Assembly (NCBI RefSeq): GCF_006345805.1
Contig: NC_043002.1
Coordinates: forward strand, 42,036,001-42,100,000
Direction: 5' to 3'
DNA from: Octopus sinensis
Taxonomy: Eukaryota
Length of the DNA: 64,000 nucleotides
Positions 13,700 to 26,229 of this stretch are shown here, piece by piece. The translations under genes were made by a program, and so were the position numbers. Position 1 is the first letter of the stretch; each line of letters starts with the position of its first letter. The notes beneath the pieces are model-generated. The model did no database searches and was not told where the DNA came from. It worked only from the letters and a program-made list of their open reading frames with translations.

Positions 13700-14059
13700 A
13701 TTATAATTATGCTATATTAGTTTTGAGGTTTGGTTTCAAAATGTCTCGTGAAATCTCAGGAATCTTTCTTAGGAGTCTTACAGAATACAGGATTGAACTT
13801 TTCTGACGGTTGACAATGCGAGTTTCAATTCCAATATCTTTCAGCCACTTAAGTAGAAGTTTGGGGTGTTTTGTCAGGCATAGTTGATACATCAGTCATC
13901 TACAATCTCGTCATCTCTCTCTGCCTAAGTCCTGATATTTCTAAATTTTTCTAAATTTCTTTGGTGTCCGCTCTGCCATCATCATATTGCTAAGTCTATA
14001 ATCTTATATTGTTTTATTTTTGTCATCTATAATCATATCTGGTCTTCTTGCTTATTACC
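13700..14059 (-). mobile_element. Old R4/Dong-like LINE, restriction-like endonuclease (RLE) C-terminal fragment
   Basis: Minus-strand ARRPDMIIDDKNK, then (frameshifted) PKLLLKWLKDIGIETRIVNRQKSSILYSVRLLRK, matching the end of RLE ORFs. Confidence 0.65.
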
Positions 14060-14061
14060 TT

Positions 14062-14397
14062 GTTTTGCAGTCGCGTTTATTTGTTTCTTTGTCCGTGGAC
14101 AAGATATCTCAAGAACCACTGGATGGAATCGAATGAAACTTTCATGGATGTTTGGCCTCGTGACTGGCACTAACCGATTAGATTTTGGGATCGATCCTGT
14201 ACCGGACAATGATTCTGAATCATTTTTCCTGTTTTGTACTTAATTTTTGAGAGCGGTCGGGTTCATTTTTAGTATTCTTGTTTGTGTGAGCAGTTGAATT
14301 TATTTCAGATATTCTTATTTTAAAAGTCATCTCTGGCTAATCGTTGAGAAGACGTTGGAGTTGCCTTGGCGGAGGTTTGCGCTCTCTGAGCGCTTTT
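14062..14397 (+). mobile_element. HINE/DINE-1-like non-autonomous Helentron, copy 1
   Basis: GTTT-type core, 3' subterminal ccttggcggagg (14364-14375) and stem-loop gcgctc-tct-gagcgc (14379-14393). Homologous to the reverse complement of 46228-46590. Confidence 0.7.
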
Positions 14398-14529
14398 GTT
14401 ATTATTATTGTTTTACTTCTCGGTCTTGTTTGTTCAGGTAGATTCTGTGAGGGCGGACAACAGCCTGTTGTCAGGGGTCTTACAGGGTCTCTCTCCGCAC
14501 ATTATAATACTTGGATACTTGGTTGTTAA

Positions 14530-14598
<69 letters not shown>

Positions 14599-14619
14599 GT
14601 TATTATTATTATTATTATT

Positions 14620-15330
14620 CTTCAGTAGTTTTATTTTTATAGCGTGCTTTCACTTCACTACCGAGCGCAGCTCTGTGTGCCTTAGGTATGTGCTGTGATT
14701 TGTTGTGATGCTCTGATAGTTATTGTATGGAAAGTGTTCTGCGTAGGATGTGTGCAGTGCCTAGTAGTGCAATTTCCTGTATGTTATATGTGTTTGTAAG
14801 TCCTGGTGTTTTTGTTATGTATTTGTCTGAATATTTTTTTATCATGCCTAATGCACCTACTATGATAGGAATTGTTTCTGTTTTTAGATTCCACATTCTG
14901 GTTACCTCTATTTCCAGGTCTTTGTATTTTGAAAGTTTCTCCATTTCTTTTAGAGAAACGTTGTCATCTGCCGGTATTGATACATCAATTAGAAAGCATT
15001 TTTTTTTCATGATCTCTGACAACTATATCTGGTCTGTTGGCCTTAATTTCTCTATCTGTGTGTATCGGCATATCCCAGAGTATGGTTGCTTTCTCATTTT
15101 CTGTGACCTTTTCTGGTGTGTACCTATACCATCTTTTTTCTGTTGTTATTCCATAATGTTGGCATAGCTTCCAGTGTATGTAGGTTCCAACTCTGTCATG
15201 TCTGTGAATATATTCCTTCTTAGCCAGAACTGGGCAGACAGAGATAATATGATTTATTGTTTCTTGTCCATCTCCACATATTCTGCAGTTACTTGTTATA
15301 TTTCTTTTCATTACATGTTTTTGGTAATTT
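14620..15330 (-). mobile_element. R4/Dong-like LINE, 5'-truncated (CCHC knuckle plus RLE), with (TAA)n at 14533-14619
   Basis: CRICGDGQETINHIISVCP, ANRPDIVV, LIDVSIP..D, EKLSKYKDL, PIIVGALG. One frameshift near 15000, stop at 14720, about 100-bp 3'UTR, then a TAA array. Confidence 0.92.
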
Positions 15331-15794
15331 TATATTTAATGAAAAAGAAGCGGAGTTTAAGGATATATTTCACTTTGTCTTTATGTACGCTAGTTTCTAA
15401 TGCATCATTTGATATGTTTGAGATTTTCTACTAATATTATTGAATAGACATTTGAAAACTATGGATGGGTGGCTGAAATCTACGTTAATATTCGCAAAGC
15501 GTTTACAATACTCAACTTAGTGATAATTGTTATTTTTAGGTCAATGTTACTAAAAGTACTGATTAAAACTTTTCTAAGTTTATCTAATGTTTGGCTATTG
15601 ACACAGCTTTCATTCAGTTATCTTTTGACTGCTTAATATTTGTGGTCGTGAATTTATTTTTAAACGTTCCTAAGATATACAAGCAGATATTTTATCTAAA
15701 TGAAGTGCTTACTATCATAATAGGTTAACTTATCTAATCCTCTTTTACAAGGCAATGTTGTATTATATATAAAATACAAAAATACAAATGCATA

Positions 15795-15950
15795 TGAGGT
15801 GGTGTGGGAAGTTCCTGGCTTTGGATAAAAGAAAGTACAGGAGGATCAGTCCTTCAGTTTTTGTAATCTCTGTAAAAGAACTCAGGTGGTTGGGCTCCAG
15901 CTAGGCCTTTCGTGATACCCTTAAAGCCAGGAACTTTTCAGTACCCCTCG
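15795..15950. mobile_element. Mariner-type MITE with TA target duplication
   Basis: Right end reverse-complements to (ta)cgaggggtactgaaaagttcctggcttt. Left end is (ta)tgaggtggtgtgggaagttcctggcttt. TA on both sides. Confidence 0.8.
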
Positions 15951-16409
15951 TACATCTTTAAAATATCTAATTACTTCATCACGACTTTAAGCGAGTCCAA
16001 ACGAAGTAAGTCACCTCCAAATAATTATAATTGATAATTAACAAGCAATGATCTATGCCCCATTTACTGAAGGTTAGGTTATTTAACAGGTACAAGTAGA
16101 AGACATTTGGCTGGTACATGCATTGCAAATTGGGACACCGTGACAAAGTTATGTTGTTGTTGTTATTGGTGGTGGTGATGCTTAGCTTCAGTTCAGCCTC
16201 AGCTGTGCGGATTTAAAAACAAAGGAATCCCAGCTATAATCATCGTTATCTATTTGTATATCTAGGACTGCATAATCTAGAATGTTCTTCTTTTTGTAAG
16301 ATGTAATTTGAAGAGAAACTCATATGTTTTGTTTTATAAGGTCAAACGATTGCGTGGAGGTTTTTCTTGTTGGCAATATTATATTTTTATTGTTGTTCTT
16401 GTTTAGTCG

Positions 16410-16500
16410 AAGGCGCGTGGCCTAGTGGTGAAGATAATGCGCCAACGGTCGTAAAATCTTTGCTCCAGTTCACTCACCTGTAAATGAGTTTCAGTAATAG
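16410..16500 (+). mobile_element. Decayed tRNA/CORE SINE head
   Basis: gaaggcgcgtggcctagtgg A-box and ttgctccagttcactcacctgtaaatgag CORE-like segment. Confidence 0.55.
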
Positions 16501-17741
16501 CTTGAGAAGTTAACTCTATAACTCAGCGTCACAGTGAGTGGGGTTGGTGGTAATGGAAAGGGTTCTAGTCTCAGTCACGTATATGCCATGCAAGCTGGGT
16601 TAAGCTCCGACCTTATGATTCCTAATGCTCATCAGAGACCTACTAACCATTTTGTTCAACACAAGGCAAGTCACAGGGACGTTTCATCCACAATCAGCCC
16701 ATCGTTTTGTCTTTCAGTCATTGCGTATCAAATGTTTCGTTCATTTTTGTAAAACTGTAGGGCGTGATTTGAGGGAGATGTGTCTTATATTTCTAGTTTG
16801 ATGCACAACCATACAAATTTACTGGGTAAAATTTATGTTTTAAATAAAACTGGACTTGAAAATCTTCGAGCTGTTCGTATCTAACTTTGTTCTGTTAAGG
16901 ACGATCTTGTCAACTATTTATACTTCTACTGTACAACGCTCAGTAATGTCAAGCCTATTGTTCTGAAAATGACTATCCAACTGTCTAACTGTCTCTCCAT
17001 TTAGTTACATGTGTGGATATTAGACTATGTTTACATACATATATACACGTATGTGTGTGTGTGTGTAATTAAATACATGACTGTGCCCAAGTTTTATCTT
17101 TTTGTTATTTTAGATTTTATTTGCATTTTCTTATCAGTATTTTTCGTAGTTAGTTTGGAAAGATCAAGTTCCTGACTTCATATTCGTCATCTCCAAACCT
17201 TCACAGTCTCATTTTCAAGAATTGAATATGTTTAGCATTTGTGTCGTTTCATATATATTGGTTGAATTCCTATAGAATTCCCCCCCCCCTGATACGTGTT
17301 GATTTGCTTGTTGCGGACAAATTTTCGAAGACTCGTTATACTTTTATTAAAAGAAGTTATGACAAAATATTATTCCACTCACCACAAAACAACCTTAGAT
17401 GGGAGAATACAACAGAATAATACGTAAATACTATGAATTTCTCATAAAAATAGAAGATTAATCATGGGTGCCATGCTTATATTGCAATACAATGGGAAAA
17501 TAAACACGCCCATAAAAAAATTAACACATGGCTAATGCCATAAAACTCAAATACTTGTTTCTAAACGAGCGATGTCCTTCCGTTTACTTTTTAAAAATTG
17601 CTTTATTTAATTAATTTTTAACTTAGGAATACTTTTCTTCAAATATTGTGTCTGTATCAAGAATTTTTCCTAAACACACACGCACACACACACATACACA
17701 CATATATACATACATATATAGATACATATATACATACATAG

Positions 17742-17792
<51 letters not shown>

Positions 17793-18849
17793 CATGCTAA
17801 CATACATACATACATATAAATTTTGAATGCGAATTAAAACCACCTCTATTATTGTAAAGATTATCGGTCGCACATAGTTCCTTTTTATTTAAATGTCCAT
17901 TTACCGCGAGATAGCATCCGGTGAAAGCGCTCTTCGCAACGCCGAATGTTAAAGTACACCGAAAGAAGCCTATTGTATATATGTATGTCTATGTATATAC
18001 GTACGTATGTTTATGTAAGTACACATAAACGCGCACGCACACACACACAAGTATACATTATGTATACATATACACGTATAGGTGTAACTCTATTCGCCAA
18101 ACACGCTGACTGCCTACCTAATAATGGCTGTATCAATTTATGTGTCGGTTTTATAGATATTTATTTCTGTCTACTTTCTATCAAGCTTGCTACAGAAATA
18201 AATAGTTATCAACCGATATATCTTTGTCACGGTGAAGAGTCTAATACGTATTCCCAGATTAAGTTGTATTATAAACTACAACTAAGCGTTTCTGATCTAC
18301 AATAGTCATACAGGCTTATTCCATTTCGCAGAAGGAAGCATTGTAGTCAAACATTTAGCGATTTATGTTTAAAAGCAAGAATTCGATAATTTTTGCTTTG
18401 GGTCCTAACGCTTCTTCTATGCTGCACATGCATACACTGTCAGCAATTTTTTTTACTATTTAGAGCTTTATCCCTTTAAAGATACTATTTGCAATATTTG
18501 TGCAGAGAAACTAGACTGTCGTCAAATTTTCATATAAATTTCTGTTAACAGTTTGATAGTAGACGGTATGGAAATTGTCTTTATGCAAAAGCTATCTTAC
18601 AGTAATGACATTTTATATAGGTACAAATGGAATTTGCTAAAAAAAATCACAATAATAATAGCTCGATAATATAAAAGTCTACAGCAAAATAGATATCGAT
18701 TGGCTCTGGAATTTTTGAATAAATTTCCACATACGCGTCAGTTATTTGAACTTAAATCAAATAAATAATACATACTAACAAACATAAATAAATAAATAGA
18801 TAAATAAATATAAACTTAAAAATTGATGAAAGTTTTTTTTTATATATTT

Positions 18850-18970
18850 CATACGAGCAAAACGCCCCCTCCCCGTCCAATGGACGGTGCTGATTTATCA
18901 AACATTTAAACCAAATTTTCTCAAAACAAATTTCCGACCGTCCCATAGGCCTCCCCTTTGAGAAACACTG
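18850..18970. mobile_element. Partial hAT (Charlie-like) MITE end
   Basis: ttgagaaacactg at 18958-18970 is the reverse complement of the CAGTGTTTCTCAA TIR motif. Other end not found. Confidence 0.4.
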
Positions 18971-19214
18971 ATTTAACCTAAATTTGAGACACCAGCAAAA
19001 GAGGAAATAAAGATAGACTTTTTTTCTATTCCAAAGAAAAACGATTTTATTCACACAAAAATGCAACCGAAGAGTTTAAAGTACCAGTAATGATAAGGCT
19101 GTAGACTGGGAGAACTCAAACATGGTTTAAACAGTAAGCTTGGCAGGAAAGAAACGTGCCTTTAAGCAGTACAAAAACAACAATAATTGGAAGATGCAGT
19201 TATGTACAAGTTGA

Positions 19215-19401
19215 CGGAAGAAAAGCAGGACAAAAACAGCTTTATCGATCGCATTCTCACCTAGAATCGATTTTTGTAATTTTTTCAAGACTTATACACG
19301 CCCTGATACCGTCGGTATCTACATATCAATCGGATGGAGGATGCCCGAGATCCTAGAAGACACACACACACCGACAGATAGAACGGATTTTATATAATAG
19401 A
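19215..19401 (-). mobile_element. Non-autonomous Helitron family C, 5' fragment
   Basis: Minus strand A|TCTATTATATAAAATCCGTTCTATCTGTCGGTGTGTG, a typical Helitron 5' end. No 3' CTAG found, so the left boundary is uncertain. Confidence 0.55.
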
Positions 19402-19734
19402 TTTATAATCAGATCAAATGAGCGTGATGATCAGGGAATGCAATTGTCTTCGAGTTGGTCGGGCCCGTGAGAAAAGAAACGGGGAAGAACGTCATTATTT
19501 ACATTTGTTTTTGTCAGCTGAAGTTTCCTGTTCGGAAGATTCCAGATATTTCGACTGCACAATCTACATCAATATTTGTTTTATCAAGTGATGTTCTACA
19601 TAGAAACACCACATTTTTTTTTTCACTGTAATCAGTGTGTAATCTCAAGTGAATGAAATATAAATATGTCTACTGAAATCTATCAATTGAACAATTTCTA
19701 AAATTTTTCCGAGGAATTGACAGAAACTTTAGAA

Positions 19735-19969
19735 CAGCGATTCTCAACGATTTTTTGCTGATGGATCCGTTTGATTCCTATTTGACCCGGTTGGACCTTC
19801 ATAAAATCCTATTATATCTTTAGAATGAAATATTAGGAATCGTATTTAAAAAATAGTTAAAATATTTGGTATATTGTAAAAGTATAACCAGCTTATTGCG
19901 CATAAATTTTGATAACTAAATCTTATATGGGCCCCGAAGGGCAATATGGACCCTGGTTGAGAACCACTA
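19735..19969. mobile_element. hAT (Charlie-like) MITE with 8-bp TSD
   Basis: TIRs cagcgattctcaac / gttgagaaccacta. Flanks ctttagaa (19727-19734) and ctttagag (19970-19977). Confidence 0.88.
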
Positions 19970-20000
19970 CTTTAGAGCATCGGACAAAATGTTCTGCTGT

Positions 20001-20307
20001 AGGCGTAGGCTGTGTGGTAAGTAGCTTGCTTACGAACCACATAGTTCCGGGTTCAGTCCCACTGCGTGGCACCTTGGGCAAGTGTCTTTTAATAAAGCCT
20101 CGGGCTGACCAAAGCCTTGTGAGTGTATTTGGTAGACGGAAACTGAAAGAAGCCCGTCGTATATATATATATATATATGTGTGCGTGTATGTTTGTGTAT
20201 CTGTGTTTGTCCCCCCAAGATCGCTTGACAACTCAGAACGTAATGGCAGACGAAATACGGCTACGTATTTCGCCCGGCGTGCTAACGTTCCTGCCAGCTC
20301 ACCGCCT
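20001..20307. mobile_element. SINE-A 5' part (+) fused to SINE-B 5' part (-)
   Basis: SINE-A to ...cttgacaac (20232), then tcagaacgtaatggcagacg...gctcaccgcc of SINE-B. Confidence 0.85.
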
Positions 20308-20449
20308 TAGACGTAACAAATATTACAATAACATTAATGGAGGCCACTTGCAGCAAAAGTATATAAAGAAGAAAAACAGACAAAAACTTGAGTCAATGGT
20401 ATTAAAATGCTGACAAGTGTCTGGTTCTTTTGAAAATGGTTTAGGGTGC

Positions 20450-20960
20450 GCATGGATAAAAGGAGAATTAAGAACAGCACGTTGTGTAGGCATCATCGAG
20501 TTAACTGTGCCATTGGGATACTTGAACGAGGAGGAGGGGAAATAGAGGAAGGTAGGAAAATAGGCAGAATTCAGTGGGAAAATACAAGGGAAATGGATGG
20601 AAGTCAGAACTGTTGGCGTTGAAGGTTGGATGTAGGGGCTTTGCAGGGGTTATTATGAAGCAGATTCGGGTTTTGGGAGTGGTTGGACGCTCGGTAGACG
20701 GGTGAGCGAGGTAGATTTGTTTGGCAGTCAAACTGGCAAGGTGTCGGTCACTCTCCGACAGGTTTGTGGTCGAGCCTGTGGCAGTGTAGACCGCCGGCAT
20801 TCTTGGCCCCGGACCATATCCCTACTCACCGCTATCGGGGCAGAGACAGCTGTCCGCAAGTGTTAGCCCCGCAAGTCAGAGTGGCTGTTCCAGCGCATCT
20901 CTTTCACCATCCTCTGGGGTAACGCCTTTTCCATTTTGTCTACTGGGACCATGGGGCGGT
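20450..20960 (+). mobile_element. RLE-type LINE 3' fragment (HERO/NeSL-like), decayed
   Basis: GIIELTVPLG then GNGWKSELLALKVGCRGFAG match the ELTVP...GW...EVGCRGF signature of RLE C-termini. Stops and frameshifts present. Confidence 0.65.
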
Positions 20961-21631
20961 CTAAATTACAAGAAATTGCGTATTCCACTCCTTAAAAACT
21001 TGGAGGAGATACTGAGTAGGTATCATAATGTAGTACCGGTAAACCAAACAGATGCACAATGTTAATAGCACTTAAATGGCCAAAACATCGATGTAGTTTG
21101 GTTTGGTGTGCTGTTGATCCTCCATTGTTGGCTGAGAGGGATTTCGTTGTTGATATTTTATCATAATGTATGAAGAGTACTTTAGTGTCGAATCGATTAG
21201 ATATTCGTATAAAGTTAGAAACTAGACTGAACTGAAGTATTATCTTTACTTTCAAGAGGTAAAATCAACCTTTGAGATGCTGTCTTCTTGATATGATCAC
21301 TATGAAAGGTCATCAGTATTTGAAAGGTCTAGAATGTCGAGGTAATAAAATGGTTTCAGTTGTGAATTGTTCCCGAAAAGATTGGGTGAATTACTTTGAA
21401 TTTTACGTTAGTCTTTGCTATGTGTAAGATTTAGATTTTCTTTCTGTTTAATGAAACTATATTCTCTGTCATCTTGATTTCGTGGCACACAAGAGTTACA
21501 GGAGACAAAATTACTGGCGTACGACGAATGGATAGTAAAAATTTACAGGCACATTTCGAATAGAAATAAAAAAGACAACAATAGCAAAACTGTTTAAAGG
21601 TAAAAATCCACAAAACAATTTGTTAAAAACA

Positions 21632-21843
21632 TTCTTTTCTACTGTAGGCACAGGGCCTGAAAGTATGGTGGAGAAGGCCAGTCGATTAGATCGACCCCAG
21701 AACGCATCTGGTACTTAATTTATCGACCCCGAAAGGATGAAAGGCAAAGTCGACCTCGGCGGAATTTGAACTCAGAACGTAACGGCAGACGAAATACGGC
21801 TACGCATGTCGCCCGGCGTGCTAACGTTTCTGCCAGCTCGCCG
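21632..21843 (-). mobile_element. SINE-B, young copy
   Basis: Complete head ggcgagctggcagaaacgttagcacgccgggcg, B-box gagttcaaattcc, body and tail. Confidence 0.92.
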
Positions 21844-22228
21844 TTTTAATTTTTTTAAAGAACATCAAATAACATGTTTTTCAAGAAGCAAAATCACTAT
21901 CATAGATTTTCTTAAACCTTAAGTTATCGTATTTTAAAAACCTGCGGCGTAACTAGGCACTCCTTGCGCCGCGCATTTTGAAAACCAATGGACTAGATTT
22001 TCGAGTCCCTATTGCAATATATCTCTGCAGTCTTTCTTTAGTGGAAGTGTACTTATATGACAGACTTAATAAATTGAAGTTGTGCGTAGACGAACAGAAG
22101 TAAAGGAAGATAAGGATATCCCAAGTATACAGGCGTGTGTATGCGTGTGCGTGTCAGAGAGAGAAGGAGGAAGAAAGAAAGAAAGAAAGAAAGAGAGGAG
22201 AGAGAGAAGGAGAGAGGTGTGTTCATGT

Positions 22229-22276
<48 letters not shown>

Positions 22277-22469
22277 TGTGTGCGTGTAAATGTTGATAAC
22301 GAATGGAAAATGTGTAGAAAAATCAAGTCGAAGCTAATGTAGTCTAGCTCGGTTAGGGCACGATCAACGAATGCTTTTGTGACCTAGTTGATTAGTGATG
22401 GATTGCATGTCAAAGGGTAGGTGCTTTGTTAAAAGATTCTCATTAACAGACAATGTCAAATACGTTGTT

Positions 22470-22670
22470 GCTGTTTAACTCTCGGTCAGCCCTGAGATAT
22501 AGCAGACCTATGATCGAAGACATTCTAGTCTTGCATATCCCTTCTTTTTGTATATCCTATTTAGCACTACATTCTCTAGTATGTCTCTCCGCCCTTTTTG
22601 AAAAACGCTATGTTGAGGTAATATGGGGAAAAAAAATTGACTGCTTGTTCTAGCAGATTGAGTGTCCTCG
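22470..22670 (-). mobile_element. Decayed short retroelement (family F; related pieces at about 16190-16330, 16745-16800, 38915-39000, 42190-42350)
   Basis: Shared motifs ggtcagccctga..gcagacctatgatc and atttggctg(c/t)tatttctag among these loci. Confidence 0.5.
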
Positions 22671-24102
22671 TGGACATTCCTTTTAATGATTCGCCAAAAG
22701 CCTTTTTTGTTGTTAAAAGCAACAACTTCGGTTTTTTCCCCCGAAGCTGTTAAGAGTAAAGCACGTTTATGAACTTATTAAAATTTCTAGTAGACTTGCT
22801 GTATTATGTACAGGTAAAAGTTAAGCAAGTCTGATAGAATTGTGAAAGAAATGAAGCAAAAAAATATATTGTTGAAATTGTTTTTATTTTAAAATGTAAT
22901 ATGCCTAACAGCAGGTAAAAATAAAAAAACAAAAAAGACAAAAGGAAACAACAACATCTATGGATTATTGAAATGGAAGGAAGCTTAAGAACCGAGTGTC
23001 TTAGAGCAAGAAAACATGATGGAGAAAAATGGTGTGTTAATTGTTGGAAGGTATCTGTAAATAAAGAATTGAAAATAGATAATAAGCCAGTAGGTAGGAG
23101 AGAATTTATTATTCACTATGCATGAACAAAATTCTATCATTAGGCAAATTAGGGTCTTGCTCTGTATTATGAGTCGCTTGAGGCTGAAGTATACTTTAGT
23201 TAAGTAGAGGAGGCCAACTTTCCTGAAGGCAGTTTTTCACTGTGTTCATATATACAGTTTCCAGGATGAATTAGTGAAGATATTTCTAATCACTTTTAGA
23301 TAGGTGATAACATCAGATGAATGTGGATAATTACGGTGAGGGATGAAAAGTGGTGTAAAATGAACGCCTGTATTTTATTATCATTAAATATTAATCAGCT
23401 TGTCATTAGTGAGTGTTGGAGAGAGAAGAAAGAAAAAAAAATGGTTTCATAACACATAGACGTACTAAAAAATTGAAATACAGGAGAGAAATTAATAGCT
23501 TCCGTCAGTGATTGGTTCTGGTAGAATTTTTAAAATAATCGTTGGAAGTTGATGGAGTGAAGGAAGAAAGGAAACCACGGGATAACAATACATGAAGAAA
23601 TATTCTAGCAGCGCAAAGAATAATTGGGATGAGTTCTGCTCAAACACACATAAAATGAATGACAGTTCGAGCCCAATCATTTAGGCTGGATGTTCAATAA
23701 AGAAATTTTTTTTCCTTTCAGTAAAACCTCTTGAGAGTATAGCTCGGGGACATTCAGGCACTGAAAAGAAAAAGAAGCAAAAACTAAACTAAATAAAACA
23801 AAAAACTATGAATAAATAAATAAAGAAAGAAAGAAAGGAGGGAGGGAAGAAAAGTATAAGAGCATTAAAGGCGTAGGCAATATTTTTATTTTGCATTTCG
23901 GTAAGCGTTAATATAGAAGGGCATTACTCCAAGTTCCTTAATTTGGTAGCGGTCAATACCAGTTCTTTGTAATATTTTAAGTATTTGGCTGGTAAAGACT
24001 CTGTCTGTCTCTTTGTCTCTGTCTGTCTGTCTGTCTATACATACATACATACATACATAGGGACATACATACATACATACATACATACATACATACATAC
24101 AT

Positions 24103-24153
<51 letters not shown>

Positions 24154-24343
24154 TATACATATATGTATATATATATGTGTGGGTGTATGTATATCATATG
24201 AAATTGAATGACAAAAGACACAAGAATCACGTCATTATCTTCCTTAAGTTAGAGCTACATTCAGAGCTGAGTGCTTGTGCATCACCTTATAGCTTCCATT
24301 TAGAAGCTCATAGGAAGCTATAAGATGATGCGCAGGCACTCAC

Positions 24344-24419
24344 CTCTGAGTGCACTGCATCTTACGGCAGAAACAGTTGTAACCCATATATCAACTCGCT
24401 GCTTGACTAACGTTTTACT
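24344..24419 (-). CDS. Tentative internal exon SKTLVKQRVDIWVTTVSAVRCSALR, unknown protein
   Basis: Acceptor catattctttag, donor gag|gtgagt, one open frame (phase 0 to 1). No homology recognised. Confidence 0.2.
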
Positions 24420-24595
24420 CTAAAGAATATGTATATTGAGTTATAATACCATGTCATTAGTATCGCTATGTCTGAGCGAAATGTCACACACACACACACA
24501 CACCACACACACACACACACAACACACACACACACATGCACGCACGCACACACATCTATATATCTACATATATGATATGTGATGTGATATATATG

Positions 24596-24824
24596 TATAA
24601 ACATATGAGAGAAAGAGAAAGATAATGGAATTCACAAGATTCTTTGTCAATCGCTACGATTGTCTCGACCCATCGTGTAGCGATCCCACGCAGGTGAAAC
24701 GCTGTACAATTGATTGTGGTGCATCATTCGGTGCAAATGTGTTTCGGGAGTGTCGAAACGATCGTAGTAATTAATAAAGAATCTCGTGAATTTCATTTTC
24801 TTTCTCTTCCTCTCATATGTTATA
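24596..24824. mobile_element. Old foldback MITE with about 73-bp inverted arms
   Basis: 24596-24669 is roughly 80% identical to the reverse complement of 24752-24824. TA at both ends. Confidence 0.7.
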
Positions 24825-25000
24825 AACTCTACGAACTCGAAGGAATTCCTGAAATAAATCCAGTGGTATTTCAGTCCATACTGTTAATGACATCAGGTAG
24901 TCGAACAGAGTGGACGGGCTTTAAATGGCATACTACAAGCTGTATACCCAAATTTAAAGTTATTCCTTTCACACACACACATACACAGACACATATATAT

Positions 25001-25172
25001 ACAAAAATTCTATAATTATAAACATAATTATAATTAGGTTCAGCAAAAATTGCATCATCACATACCGAAATTTAGAAATAGCAGTTAAATACTATTCCAC
25101 TACCTTAAGATATCTCCCAGACATTTTGCTGAAACCTAATTATAATTATGCTTATAATTATAGAATTTTTGT
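25001..25172. mobile_element. Foldback MITE with about 50-bp TIRs
   Basis: acaaaaattctataattataaacataattataattaggttcagcaaaa ... ttttgctgaaacctaattataattatgcttataattatagaatttttgt. Confidence 0.8.
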
Positions 25173-25283
25173 TTAAGGTTACCGAATATGGATCTTTTAA
25201 CATACCGAACTACTCTGTTAAATTATTAATTATTAATTGATTAATTAATTTTACCCTTTATTATATTGATAATAAATATATAT

Positions 25284-25325
<42 letters not shown>

Positions 25326-25401
25326 GTGTGTGGTGTTGTGTCCGTGGATCACACGCACGCATATATTTTACGTACATAATATATGCATATATGTTTGCAT
25401 G

Positions 25402-25432
<31 letters not shown>

Positions 25433-25548
25433 GCAATTAAGGACAACTACTTAATAAGGAAAACTTAACAAGAAATTGTCAGGTAGATAGCGTAAAAACC
25501 TCATAAGAGAAAAAATTTCGAAAATAATTATTTCTTATTGAACATATT

Positions 25549-25730
25549 AATTTATATATAGAGGGCATTATACATACATGCCAGGAGGCATTCTACATAC
25601 ATGCCAAACGCTAAGAGGGACAATCAGTCATTTCTACCAAATGGTAGAATGACTGATTGTCCCTCTAGCGTTTGGCATGTATGTAGAATGCCTCCTGGCA
25701 TGTATGTATATTGCCCTCTATATATAAATT
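25549..25730. repeat. Near-perfect 180-bp palindrome (collapsed MITE-like)
   Basis: About 90-bp arms around ctacca-aa-tggtag (centre about 25639). Two 1-nt indels and one mismatch. Confidence 0.92.
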
Positions 25731-25782
25731 ATATATATATATATAATATATATATATATATATAATATATATATATATATAT

Positions 25783-26212
25783 TCTCTTTTTCTCTTTTAC
25801 TCTTTTACTTCTTTCAGTCATTTGACTGCGGTCATACTGGAGCACAGCCTTTAGTCGAGCTAATCGACCCCAGGACTTACTCTTTGTAAGCCTAGTACTT
25901 ATTCTATCGGTCGCTTTTGCCGAACCGCTAGGTTACGGGGGACATAAACACACCAGCATCGGTTGTCAAGCGATGTTGGGGGGGGGGGAGACAAACACAG
26001 ACACACAAACACATACACACACACACACATATACATATATACATATACACGACGGGCTTCTTTTAGTTTCCGTCTACCAAATCCACTCACAAGGCTTTGG
26101 TCAGCCCGGGGCTATAGCAGAAGACACTTGCCCAAGGTGCCACGCAGTGGGACTGGGCCCGGAACCATGTGATTGGTTAGCATGCTACTTACCACACAGC
26201 CTACTCCTGCGC
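25783..26212 (-). mobile_element. SINE-A, full length
   Basis: tRNA-like head, CORE-like ggcaccttgggcaagtg, internal (TA)/(TG) tract, 3' end cagtcaaatgactgaaa plus (AAAAGAGT)-type tail. Confidence 0.92.
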
Positions 26213-26229
26213 ATCATCTTTTCGATGCG

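Noticed and set aside
14727-15167. 146-aa + strand ORF (also 203..547 minus, 51489..51677, 52146..52349, 61671..62006)
   Set aside because: Antisense shadows of LINE coding sequence.
25963-26172. Recurrent RRASFSFRLPN / TGSFSFRLP ORFs (19923, 25963, 32213, 54801, 58948)
   Set aside because: Translations of SINE-A copies, not a gene family.
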